Source: an uncultured Actinomycetes bacterium (GTDB lineage: Bacteria; Actinomycetota; Acidimicrobiia; IMCC26256; PALSA-610). From it: a stretch of DNA of 64,000 nt. The stretch is from NCBI GenBank assembly GCA_963740835.1, contig CAVUFH010000001.1, positions 214,987 to 278,986 of the forward strand, in the 5' to 3' direction. The notes under the pieces are model-generated. The model did no database searches. It had not been told where the DNA came from and saw only the letters and a list, made by a program, of their open reading frames with translations. Positions within the stretch are counted from its first letter, which is position 1; each line of letters starts with the position of its first letter. Both the position numbers and the translations under genes were made by a program. Of the stretch, positions 47,367 to 56,557 are shown in pieces.

Positions 47367-47653
47367 GCTTGGTCCAGCCAGTTCGTCTCGGTGTCGAGGA
47401 GCTCCACATCTGGAGCCGCGGCGACGAAACGCTCGACCGAGTCGAGCACCTCCTGCAGATGCGATGGCGATCCGTCCACCAGCGCCACCCCGATCGCGGC
47501 GCGCTGCCATGTGTCCTGATGACCGACTTCGGCAACCGAGACCTTGAACCGGTGCCGGAGCCCGTCGACGATCGGACGGATCGCGGCGCGCTTCGACTTC
47601 AACGACCGACTCTCGGGGACGTGGAGCTCAAAACACACCGCGGCCGCGTGCAC
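47363..47653 (-). CDS. DUF503 (YlxP-like) protein
   Basis: 96 aa from GTG 47653 (...LHVPESRSLKSKRAAIRPIVDGLRHRFKVSVAEVGHQDTWQRAAIGVALV...). In the track it is fused onto the frameshifted tail of the 1039-aa infB ORF. Confidence 0.75.
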   Translation of the reverse strand: MHAAAVCFELHVPESRSLKSKRAAIRPIVDGLRHRFKVSVAEVGHQDTWQRAAIGVALVDGSPSHLQEVLDSVERFVAAAPDVELLDTETNWLDQA

Positions 47654-47685
47654 GAATATCGGTCCCTCGCTCCCGCCTGCGTGAA

Positions 47686-50482
47686 CTACACGCGGGCGAT
47701 TTCGCGGTCTTCGTAGGTCTCGATGACGTCGCCCGCCTTGAGGTCCTGGTAGTTGTCGAGCCCGATTCCGCACTCGAACCCGTCCCGAACCTCTCGGACG
47801 TCGTCCTTGAACCGTCGCAGCGACGAGATCGCGCCCTTCCAGATGATCGTGCCGTCCCGGAGGAACCGGACCTTCGACCCGCGGGTGATCACACCGCTCG
47901 TGACGAAGCAACCGGCAACCCGGCCGACACGGGGCACGCTGAACACTTCGCGCACCTCGGCGTCGCCGGTGACCACCTCTTCGAACTCCGGCTTGAGCAG
48001 ACCGACGAGCGCGTTGTTGACGTCCTCGAGGACGTTGTAGATGACCTCGTACAGACGCAACTCGACGCTCTCGCGCTCCGCGAGCTCCACGCGCGTTCCG
48101 ATCGGGACGCACGTTGAAACCGATGACCGTCGCGTTCGAGACGACCGCGAGGTTGATGTCGGACTCGCTGATCCCGCCCACACCGCGATGCACGAACGAC
48201 AAACGCACTTCGTCGTGGTCCGCGTCGAGCTTGCGCAGCGCGTCGGTGAGCGCTTCGAGCGAACCTTGCGTGTCGGACTTCACGATCAAATTGAGCGTCG
48301 CGACCTCGCCGCGCTGCACCATCGCGAACACGTCCTCGAGGCGGGCGCCGCCCGAGAGCATCATCGTGCTGCGCTGCGCCGCGGTCTTGCGCCGGTGCGC
48401 GCGGGCCTCGGCGACCGTGCGGGCGATCTTGTCGCTCGGCGCGACCCGGAGCTCGTCGCCCGCGAGGGGCACGTCGTCCAGGCCGAGCACCTCGACCGGT
48501 ACCGACGGGCCGGCCACTTTGACCTGCTCGCCGCGCTCGTCGAACATCGCACGGACGCGTCCCCAAGCCTGCCCGGCGACGACGGTGTCACCGACGTGCA
48601 GCGAACCTTCTTCGATGAGTGCCGTGACGACGGGACCGCGTCCCGGGTCCAGGTTGGACTCGAGCACGTACGCCTTCGCCGGCTTGTTCGGGTTGGCGAC
48701 GAGGTCCTCGGCGATCTCGGCGTCCGAGACGAGCAGCAGCGAATCGAGCAGCTCCTCGACGCCGACCCCAGTGGGCGCGGCGACGTCGAGCACGATCGTC
48801 TGGCCACCCCACTCCTCCGGCACGAGCTCCTGCTCCGTGAGCTGCTGACGAACGCGGGTCGGGTCGGCGTCCTCGCGGTCGGTCTTCGTCACCGCGACGA
48901 CGATCGGCACATCGGCCGCGCGCGCGTGCGCGATCGCTTCCACGGTCTGCGGCATCACACCGTCGTCGGCGGCGACCACGAGGATCGCGATGTCGGTGAC
49001 CTGCGCGCCGCGCGAACGCATCGCGGTGAACGCTTCGTGACCGGGCGTGTCGATGAACGTGATGCGCCGATCACCGCGATCGACTTGGTACGCGCCGATC
49101 GCCTGGGTGATGCCACCGGCTTCGCCCGCGACGACGTTCGCGTGACGAATCGTGTCGAGCAGCGTGGTCTTGCCGTGGTCGACGTGACCCATCACGGTGA
49201 TGACCGGCGGGCGCGGTTCGAGCAGCGCGTCGTCCTCGTCGTCGTCATCGTCGCCGGCGAGCAACGCGAGCAGCTCGATCTCCTGCTCTGAACCGGGCTC
49301 GACCAACAGCACCTGCGCGCCGAGAGTCTCCGCGATCAGTTCGATCATCTCGTCTGCGAGCGACGCGGTGGCCGTGACCATCTCGCCCGCCTCGAACAGG
49401 AGGCGCACGAGGTCGGCCGGTGTGCGGTTGAGGCGGGGCGCGAGCTCCTGGATCGTGGCGCCACGCGGCACGACGATCTCCCCTTCGGGGACCGGCGTGT
49501 CTGCGGGCGAGAGTCGCTGCGCCGCCGGTTCGAGCTCTTCGCGGTCGCGACGACGCTTCTTGCGCCGACGCTGCGGCGGGCCGCCCGGGCGACCCCGGCC
49601 GCCGAAGCCGCCCGGACCGCCACCAGGACCACCGCCGGGGCCGCCACCAGGACCACCACGGCCGCGACCGGGCGCGCCGGTGCGCGCGCCACCGGGTCCG
49701 CCGGCGTAGCCGCCGGGGGCGCCGCCACCACCAGGACCACCGGATCCGCCACGCGGTCCGCCGAAGCCACCACCGCCACCGCCACGTGGCCCAGCACCGC
49801 CGCCGCCGGGACGCGGTGAACCACCGCGCGGCGCGCCGCCGATCGGGCCACGCGGGGGCGGCGGAGGAACGCGGGCGCCGGGCGGGGGCGGGACGGGCTT
49901 GCCGCTCTGCGAGACCGGAGGCCGCGGCGGCGCGCCGCGGCCGAGATCCGGTGCGGGAGGCGCGGCGGCCGGGGCCGGGGCCACCGATGCGGCGGCCGGG
50001 CGTTCGATGTCGCGTACCGGTCGGTCGGCAACCGGCGCGGGCGCCGGGCTCGGGGCGGGCATCGGGGGACGAGCGACCTCGGGCTCGGCCGGACGCGTGG
50101 GCGCGGCGGCCGGCGCGGGCGCCGGCGTGGAACGGACGACCCGGGCCGCGCTGCGCACGACGGCCGGCCGGGCGGGCTCCACCGAGGGACCGCCGGGGGG
50201 ACCTTCGGGCGACTCGGCCGAAGGTTCGGGCGCGGTCGCGACCGGTGCCGGCGCGGGCGCGGGTTCCGGAACCGGCTCGGGTTCGGGCTCCGGCTCGGGC
50301 TTCTCCTGCTTCAGTCCCCGGGTGTCGGCCAGGCGCCGGACGCGATCGGCCGAGGGTTCGTCGATGCTCGAGGAGTGGCTCTTCACGCCGATCTTGAGCT
50401 CGGTCGCGAGCTCCATCACGACGTGGTTGTCGACGCCCAGCTCCCGTGCGAGCTCGTAGACCCTGATCTTCTTCGTGGCCAA
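47686..50482 (-). pseudogene. infB: translation initiation factor IF-2, reading frame broken by one extra base near 48088
   Basis: TTG start MATKKIRVYELARELGV, long Pro/Gly/Arg-rich linker, G domain GHVDHGKTT. ...FNVRPDRNAR (ORF 47363-50482) continues as ELAERESVELRLYEVIYNVLEDV...DREIARV in ORF 47686-48183. The span is 2797 nt = 932 codons + 1. Confidence 0.93.
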
Positions 50483-50504
50483 ACCCAGTCCGTTCCTGTG
50501 TGTA

Positions 50505-50759
50505 TTAGAGAACCAGTGTCGCGCGCAGGCGGGTGATCTCGTTGCTCGTCACCTGGCGGCGCAGCGCCCGGGCGAGCGCACCGCGGTGCGCAGCGGTCTC
50601 GAAGCACTCCGGCGAGCAAACCCACGCGCCCCGTCCGGGTTGCGCCGGGCCGAGCGCCACGGTGCCGTCCTTGGCCGCCGCGATCCGCCACCAGTCGGTC
50701 GGTTCCGCCGTGCGGCGGCAGCCGACGCAGGTGCGCGCGCGGCGGCGCGCTTCGCTCAG
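50505..50759 (-). CDS. ylxR: YlxR/RnpM (DUF448) RNA-binding protein
   Basis: My translation of the minus strand gives LSEARRRARTCVGCRRTAEPTDWWRIAAAKDGTVALGPAQPGRGAWVCSPECFETAAHRGALARALRRQVTSNEITRLRATLVL*. This is the classical RTCVGCR motif in the classical nusA-ylxR-infB position. There is no ATG/GTG/TTG in frame, so the 5' end is set at a CTG. Confidence 0.65.
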   Translation of the reverse strand: MSEARRRARTCVGCRRTAEPTDWWRIAAAKDGTVALGPAQPGRGAWVCSPECFETAAHRGALARALRRQVTSNEITRLRATLVL

Positions 50760-52129
50760 CGTTCCTCTCCGGTGGCGGGGGCCACCTCGTCACTTGCCAT
50801 CGCTTCCGTTCCATCGGCACCGGCGCCGTCGGCGGCGACGAGCTCGTCGGCGAGCTCCTCGAGCACGTCTTCGCGCACGTCCAACGGCTCGGCATCCGGT
50901 GTTTCGGAGTCGGGGTCGGCGTCGGCCGCGATCTCGTCGGCGGCGGCATCCGCGTCCGACGCGTCGACGTGCATCGCACCTTCTTCGGGTGACTCCGGAT
51001 CCGGCGTGATGCCGGTGTCGGTGCCACCGGGGTCGAGCGATCCGTAGCCGGCTTCTTCAGCCGAGATGGCTTCGCCACCCTCGGCGGGCTGCCACATCAG
51101 CTTGCCGTCGGCCGCTTCGACCCACTCGCCTTCCGCGTAACCGCCGCCGGCTTCTTCCTCTGCGAGTTGGGTCTCGCTCTTGATGTCGACGCGCCAGCCC
51201 GTGAGGCGCGCCGCGAGGCGCGCGTTCTGACCTTCCTTGCCGATCGCGAGCGAGAGCTGGAAGTCGGGGACGATGACCTCGGCGATGCCGGTGTCCTCGT
51301 GGATGCGCACCTCGCGGACCTTCGCGGGCGCGAGCGCGCGCATCACGAAGTCGGGCGCGTCGTCGCTGTAAGGAACGATGTCGACCTTCTCGCCGCGCAG
51401 CTCGTTCACGACTTGCCGGACGCGCATGCCGCGCGCGCCGACGCACGCGCCGACCGGGTCGACGTTCTGGTCGTTCGACGCGACCGCGAGCTTGGTGCGG
51501 TGCCCGGGCTCACGCGCGACGGCGCGGATCTCGACCACACCGTCGACGAGCTCGGGGACCTCGAGCTCGAAGAGGCGCTTCACCAGGCCCGGATGCGTGC
51601 GGGACACCACGATCTGCGGGCCCTTGGCGGTCTTGCGCACCTCCACGATGTACGCCTTCATGCGAGAACCGTGGTCGTAGCGATCGCCGGGAACCTGCTC
51701 AGCTTGTGGGAGCAGGGCTTCGACCCGGCCGAGGTCGAGCAGCGTGTAGCGCGCGTCCGTCTGCTGGATGATGCCGGTGACGATGTCGCCTTCGCGCCCG
51801 GCGTACTCCTCGTACTTCATCTCCCGCTCGGCTTCGCGAATGCGTTGCAGGATCACTTGCTTCGCGGTCTGCGCGGCGATGCGGCCGAAGTCGGCGGGCG
51901 TGTCGTCCCACTCGCGCACGACGTTGCCGTCTTCGTCGAGCTCCTGCGCGATCACGCGGATCTCGCCGGTCTCGACGTCGATCTCGACGAGCGCTTCTTC
52001 GGCGGCTTCCGGCATGCGCTTGTACGCGGTGACGAGTGCGTTCGCCAACGCCTCGAGCATGATCTCTTCGGAAATCCCCTTCTCGACCGCGAGCGCCGAC
52101 AGCGCCTCGAGCATCTCCGGATTCTTCAT
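50756..52129 (-). CDS. nusA: transcription termination/antitermination factor NusA with about 110-aa acidic C-terminal tail
   Basis: NTD, S1 (GDIVTGIIQQTDARYTLLDLG), KH1/KH2 (DPVGACVGARGMRV, LAIGKEGQNARLAARLTGW). 457 aa. Confidence 0.95.
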   Translation of the reverse strand: MKNPEMLEALSALAVEKGISEEIMLEALANALVTAYKRMPEAAEEALVEIDVETGEIRVIAQELDEDGNVVREWDDTPADFGRIAAQTAKQVILQRIREAEREMKYEEYAGREGDIVTGIIQQTDARYTLLDLGRVEALLPQAEQVPGDRYDHGSRMKAYIVEVRKTAKGPQIVVSRTHPGLVKRLFELEVPELVDGVVEIRAVAREPGHRTKLAVASNDQNVDPVGACVGARGMRVRQVVNELRGEKVDIVPYSDDAPDFVMRALAPAKVREVRIHEDTGIAEVIVPDFQLSLAIGKEGQNARLAARLTGWRVDIKSETQLAEEEAGGGYAEGEWVEAADGKLMWQPAEGGEAISAEEAGYGSLDPGGTDTGITPDPESPEEGAMHVDASDADAAADEIAADADPDSETPDAEPLDVREDVLEELADELVAADGAGADGTEAMASDEVAPATGEER

Positions 52130-52650
52130 GCCTTCTCCTTCGCGCGCCCGCGCGTCTTCGTCGTCGTCTTACCGCCGGGCCGCGGCTCGGGGCCCCACTC
52201 GAACACGGTGCGCGCTTTGGTGATCGAGTCGTACGCGATTTCTTCGCGCGCACCGTCGATCTCGACGACGCAGACGAGCTCGTCCGCGTCGACCAAGGTG
52301 CCGCGCCGTCGCTGGGGACCGCTGTCGGTGTGGGAACTGATGGTGACCGTCTCGCCGATCGCGTCGGCGAAGTGCTCGGGGCGGCGCAACGGGCGTTCGA
52401 GCCCGGGGCTGCTCACCTCGAGCAGGAACGGCCCGTTGATCGCGCTCGACGTGTCGAGCGCGGCCGAGACGGCTTGGGTCGCGGCCGTGATCGCGTCCAG
52501 GTCGACCCCGCCGGCGCGGTCGATCAACACCCGCAGGGTGCGCCCTCGGCCGGACCCGGAGAGCTCGAGGTCGTAGAGGTGGCATCCGAGCGCGTCGACG
52601 AGCGGGAGCACGAGGTCCCGGATCTCGTCTGCTGCACGGCTGACCGTCAC
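52126..52650 (-). CDS. rimP: ribosome maturation factor RimP
   Basis: 174 aa (...LEVSSPGLERPLRRPEHF...). The stop overlaps the nusA start. Confidence 0.9.
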   Translation of the reverse strand: MTVSRAADEIRDLVLPLVDALGCHLYDLELSGSGRGRTLRVLIDRAGGVDLDAITAATQAVSAALDTSSAINGPFLLEVSSPGLERPLRRPEHFADAIGETVTISSHTDSGPQRRRGTLVDADELVCVVEIDGAREEIAYDSITKARTVFEWGPEPRPGGKTTTKTRGRAKEKA

Positions 52651-52670
52651 GATTCCCTCACGAAAAGCTC

Positions 52671-52700
52671 ACAAGAAAAAACGTGGGCCAGGGCCCACGT
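52671..52700 (-). terminator. canonical intrinsic terminator (stem-loop + U-tract) in the rimP-nusA-infB leader / downstream of the response-regulator gene
   Basis: The minus strand reads ACGUGGGC-CCUG-GCCCACGU followed by UUUUUCUU. It lies 21 nt upstream of the rimP GTG and 125 nt downstream of the regulator stop. Confidence 0.75.
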
Positions 52701-52824
52701 TTGATGTCCCCGAGCAGGGACGGCGGATGGAACAGGCCGATCTTACCGCATCGGGCGCATGCAGTTCAGCCGCAAAATCGGAGGAATCGCCCAGTGACCC
52801 GGGGCGGCGGAGCGCCCGCCGCGC

Positions 52825-53448
52825 CTAGACGATCCGGCGATCACTCGCCCACCGCGCAAGCTGGTGGCGGGTCGAGAGCTGGAGCTTGCGCAGCACCGAC
52901 GACACGTGGGTCTCGACGGTCTTGACCGAGATGGCGAGGTCGCGTGCGATCTCTTTGTACGTGTACCCGCGTGCGATCAACCGCAGCACCTCGTGCTCCC
53001 GCGCGGTGAGCAGTTCGAGCTCAGGGTCCGCCGCCGTCGGCGGCACGCCGGCGAACGCATCGAGCACGAAGCCCGCCAATCGGGGCGAGAACACCGCGTC
53101 GCCTTCGGCCACGCGTGCGATCGCGTCCCTGAGATCGGCGGGCGCGATCGTCTTGGTGACGTAGCCCCGTGCGCCGGCCCTGATCGTCGCGATGACGTCA
53201 CCCGGCGCGTCGCTCACCGAGAGGGCCAGGAACCGCACCTGCGGATCCGACGCCAACACCTCGCGGATCACCCGGGCGCCGCCCCCGGCGGGCATGTGAA
53301 CGTCGACGAGAACGACATCCGGGCGTCGCTCCCGGATCAGCTCGATCGCCGCGTCGACGTCCGAGGCGGCACCGACGACGTCGACGTCGGCACCGAGCTC
53401 GGCGCGCACGCCGGAGAGGAACAGCTCGTGATCGTCGACGAGGAACAC
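52825..53448 (-). CDS. NarL/LuxR family response regulator
   Basis: Receiver domain (VFLVDDHELF...DVVLVDVHMP...) and C-terminal LuxR HTH (LTAREHEVLRLIARGYTYKEIARDLAISVKTVETHV). Confidence 0.9.
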   Translation of the reverse strand: MFLVDDHELFLSGVRAELGADVDVVGAASDVDAAIELIRERRPDVVLVDVHMPAGGGARVIREVLASDPQVRFLALSVSDAPGDVIATIRAGARGYVTKTIAPADLRDAIARVAEGDAVFSPRLAGFVLDAFAGVPPTAADPELELLTAREHEVLRLIARGYTYKEIARDLAISVKTVETHVSSVLRKLQLSTRHQLARWASDRRIV

Positions 53449-53462
53449 GCGGTGCGGCAGCG

Positions 53463-54728
53463 TCAGGCATCGGTGACCTCCCGCCGCGGCATCGAGAGTT
53501 CGAGCTCGCAGCCGAGCCCGGGCGCGGTGTGGACGTGCGCGACACCCCCGTTGCGCGACAACCGGCCGACCACCGACGCCGCGATCCCACCTCGATCGTG
53601 CGCGACCGCGTCCGGATCGAAGCCGCGGCCGCGATCGCGCACGTACACGACCGCGTCGCGGTCACCCACTTCGAGGAACACCGACACCTCCGGCGCGCCC
53701 GAGTGCCGAGCCGCGTTCACCATCCCCTCTTTGGCCGCGAGCACCAACGGTTCGAGGCCGGCGAGCGGGCAATCGCGCACGCGCACGACCTCGATGGGGA
53801 CGCCGTAGTCGCGCTCCACGAGCGCGGCCGCGTCTTCGAGCGCGGCACCGACCGATACGTCGCCACTCCCGCCCTCGCTCGCGTTCGCTCCACTCGCCGG
53901 ATCGTCACCCTGCAACAGCCACGCGCGCAGCTCGCGTTCCTGCATGCGCGCCAGTCGCACGACCTCGCGCGGATCGTCCGCGCGCCGTTGCACGAGTGCG
54001 AGCGTCTGCAGCACCGAGTCGTGGAGGTGCGCGGCGACATCGGCGCGCTCGTCGGAACGGATGCGGTCCCGGCGCTCCTCCACCAGCGCCGCCGCGAGCC
54101 GCCACAGGCCGGGGCCGGCCACGAGCGCGAGCCCGGCGATCACGACGACGGCGGCCGAGAGCCCGGCGCGGAGCGCGGACCACGAACCGGAGGTCGCGAC
54201 GAGGACGGCGATGCCACCCGCGACGAGCAGCCCGCCCACCGCCACTCGTGCGTACGCGCCGCGCCTCGTGCCGACGAGCACGACGACCGCCTGCGCGGCC
54301 GCGGGCGGCAGCCGGTCGAGCGCGGGCCACGACGGTTCGGTGCGCTCGTCACCGCGGAGCGGCTGCATCCAGAGCATCGCGAGCCCGAGCGCGGCCGCTG
54401 CGAGCGGCCAGACGATCGCGTCGCCGAACCACGCCCCGCTCGCGCGGGCGAGCAGGAGGACGCCCAGCACCACCGCGCCCAGCGCCGCGGCCTGGACGGG
54501 ATCGGGCGCCCGGCGCGGCGCCGGCTCCGGATCGGGCGGCGGCGCCATCAGCAGCCACGCCACGCCGTAGAGGACGAACCCGAGGCCGCCCGCGAGGGCG
54601 AGGACGATGAACGCGAGCCGCAGCAGGTTCGCGTCGATGCCGAGGTACGCGCCGAGACCCGAAGCGACGCCGGCGACGACGTGGCCGTCGTCACGGCGCG
54701 GCACGCGTCGCGGAGCGGAGATCGGCAT
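53463..54728 (-). CDS. PspC-domain sensor histidine kinase (HisKA_3/HATPase, LiaS-like)
   Basis: N-terminal PspC motif (RRDDGHVVAGVASGLGAYLGIDANLLRLAFIV), TM helices, H-box AAHLHDSVLQTL, ATPase domain. Start at 54728 (MPISAPRR) or 54773. Confidence 0.85.
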   Translation of the reverse strand: MPISAPRRVPRRDDGHVVAGVASGLGAYLGIDANLLRLAFIVLALAGGLGFVLYGVAWLLMAPPPDPEPAPRRAPDPVQAAALGAVVLGVLLLARASGAWFGDAIVWPLAAAALGLAMLWMQPLRGDERTEPSWPALDRLPPAAAQAVVVLVGTRRGAYARVAVGGLLVAGGIAVLVATSGSWSALRAGLSAAVVVIAGLALVAGPGLWRLAAALVEERRDRIRSDERADVAAHLHDSVLQTLALVQRRADDPREVVRLARMQERELRAWLLQGDDPASGANASEGGSGDVSVGAALEDAAALVERDYGVPIEVVRVRDCPLAGLEPLVLAAKEGMVNAARHSGAPEVSVFLEVGDRDAVVYVRDRGRGFDPDAVAHDRGGIAASVVGRLSRNGGVAHVHTAPGLGCELELSMPRREVTDA

Positions 54729-54834
54729 GGCCCATGTTCGCGCCGGCCGTGCCCTCCCCGGCCGGTGCGACATGGCTCACCCCGAGGGGACATCCCCGAT
54801 GGCGCCCGGGCGCGCGACGGCGCACGATCGCCGC

Positions 54835-56151
54835 ATGGACCCGTCCGCCCCGCCGACCGAACCTGCCTCCCCGCCACCCGCCCAGGCCCCCGGCCCGCCC
54901 CCGTCGCCGCCACCGCCTCCGCCGCGTTCGTTCCACAACCTCCGGCGGAGCCGGCGCGATCGCATGCTCGGCGGCGTCGCCGCGGGGATCGCGCGCACGT
55001 ACGGCTGGGACGTCACACTCGTGCGCCTCGCGTTCGTCGTGGCCGCGCTCGTCGGCGTGGGCGTCCCCGCGTACGTCGTCGCGTGGATCGTGATCCCGCC
55101 CGATCCCGACGACGGAACCGAAGTCGAACCGCGCGAGCGGGGCGCGCTCATCGGTCTGGTGCTCCTGGGCATCGGCGTGCTGTGGCTCGGTGGGCGGATC
55201 TTCCCGAGCGGCGGCGAACTGGTGCGGCTCGCGTGGCCGCTCGCGCTCGTGGCCGGCGGGATCGCGGTGCTGGTGATGCGATCGGGAGCCGACGATCCCG
55301 ATGGCACCGACGACCGCGGCCCGAGCAGCAGCGGACCCGAGCGCATCGATCCAGACGACCGCGCGGATGCGGGCGAGCCCGCGACCGCGTCGCCGCCGGC
55401 ACCCGAGTTCGGTCCTCCGGCGCCGCCCGCGCCCCCGACGTCGAGTGCGTGGACGCAACCGCGACCGTGGCCGGGCGGTGCCGTCGCGGCGCCGCCCCGG
55501 CCCGCGAAGGCACCGCGTCCACCGATGCCCCGACGTGAGAAGGCGCCGCATCCCTCACCGTGGCTCGCACCGCTGACGGTGAGCGTGCTCGTGCTCGGCG
55601 CGGGGCTCGCGGCACTGCTCGACACGATCGGCGTGCTCGATGTCGACATCGAAGTCGCGGGCGCGATCGGGCTCGGCGTCGTCGCCGCGACACTCATCCT
55701 CTCCGCCTGGTACGGGCGCGCAGTGGGCCTCGTGTCGCTCGCAGTGCTCCTGACGCTCGTGTGCGGCGTCGCCGCGATCGTCGACACGCCGTTCAAGGGC
55801 GGGGTCGGAGACCGCTCGTTCGTCCCCGTCAGCGCGCGCGAGCTCGAGCCGGAGTACCGGCTGGCGATCGGCAGCCTGCGCCTCGACCTCCGGGCGGTGC
55901 CGCTGCGGGCGGGGACGACGACAGTGACCGCGTCGGTGGCCGTCGGTGAGCTCCACGTGATCGTTCCGACCGACGTCTCGGTCGACGTGCACGCCGAAGC
56001 CGGGGTTGGTCAGGTCGACGTGTTCGGCATGTCCTCGAGCGGCTTCTCGGCCGAGCGGACCGACGCGGTTCGCGTCGCCGGCACACGCACACTGCGCCTC
56101 GAGCTCCGAACCGGTGCCGGCCACCTGATGGTGGAACGGAGCGCGTCATGA
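54835..56151 (+). CDS. PspC-domain membrane protein (divergent partner of the sensor kinase)
   Basis: Pro-rich N-terminus, PspC motif (RSRRDRMLGGVAAGIARTYGWDVTLVRLAFVV), several TM helices, C-terminal beta-rich domain. Alternative starts at 54772/54799. Confidence 0.8.
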   Translation: MDPSAPPTEPASPPPAQAPGPPPSPPPPPPRSFHNLRRSRRDRMLGGVAAGIARTYGWDVTLVRLAFVVAALVGVGVPAYVVAWIVIPPDPDDGTEVEPRERGALIGLVLLGIGVLWLGGRIFPSGGELVRLAWPLALVAGGIAVLVMRSGADDPDGTDDRGPSSSGPERIDPDDRADAGEPATASPPAPEFGPPAPPAPPTSSAWTQPRPWPGGAVAAPPRPAKAPRPPMPRREKAPHPSPWLAPLTVSVLVLGAGLAALLDTIGVLDVDIEVAGAIGLGVVAATLILSAWYGRAVGLVSLAVLLTLVCGVAAIVDTPFKGGVGDRSFVPVSARELEPEYRLAIGSLRLDLRAVPLRAGTTTVTASVAVGELHVIVPTDVSVDVHAEAGVGQVDVFGMSSSGFSAERTDAVRVAGTRTLRLELRTGAGHLMVERSAS

Positions 56152-56169
56152 CACGCGCATCGCCTCGAC

Positions 56170-56396
56170 GTGTTCGCGCTGTGCTCGGGCGTGCTCTTCA
56201 TGGCGCTCGCGATCGGCTTCCTGCTCGACGGGCTCGACGTGTGGAACGCGCACGCGCTCGTGGATCGGGCCGGTGCTGCTTGATCGTGTTCGGTCTCGCG
56301 GGCGTGCTCACGACCGTGGGGCGCCACACTCGGAGCCGGTCCCAGGACGCGTCGCCGCCCGCGCCGACGGAAGCGGGCGCGGGCACCGAACGCTGA
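56170..56396 (+). CDS. small two-helix membrane protein, apparently frame-shifted near 56260-56285
   Basis: GTG 56170 gives VFALCSGVLFMALAIGFLLDGLDVWNAHALV. A second helix ...LIVFGLAGVLTTVGRHTR... lies in the frame of track ORF 56148-56396. The span is 227 nt, not a multiple of 3. Confidence 0.4.
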
Positions 56397-56557
56397 TCCG
56401 GCGCGCCACTCGGTCGGCGTCTGCGACACTTGTGGTCGGGACGAGGCGTCCCGACGGCCGGTTGCTCGGAACTCCAGGGCAGGGAGATGCGTTCTCCCTC
56501 GGGTGGAGCCGTCACCGAGCGGCACGCGCGACCGGTGGCGAAGCGGCGGGCAGAGAA

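Noticed and set aside
48080-48095. Programmed ribosomal frameshifting as an explanation for the infB break (and others).
   Set aside because: No slippery heptamer (X XXY YYZ) or stimulatory SD/pseudoknot arrangement occurs at any junction. Junction contexts are unrelated to each other apart from being GC-rich. Several need +1 and others -1.
49550-49870. Highly repetitive GGN/CCN DNA (GGACCACCGCCGGGGCCGCCACCAGGACC...) that looks like a tandem-repeat or mobile-element remnant.
   Set aside because: It is the in-frame Gly/Pro/Arg-rich linker of IF-2 (GGPGGGPGGGPGGGPGGFGGRGRPGG). This is a known low-complexity feature of actinobacterial IF-2 N-terminal regions, and it has no unit-perfect periodicity.
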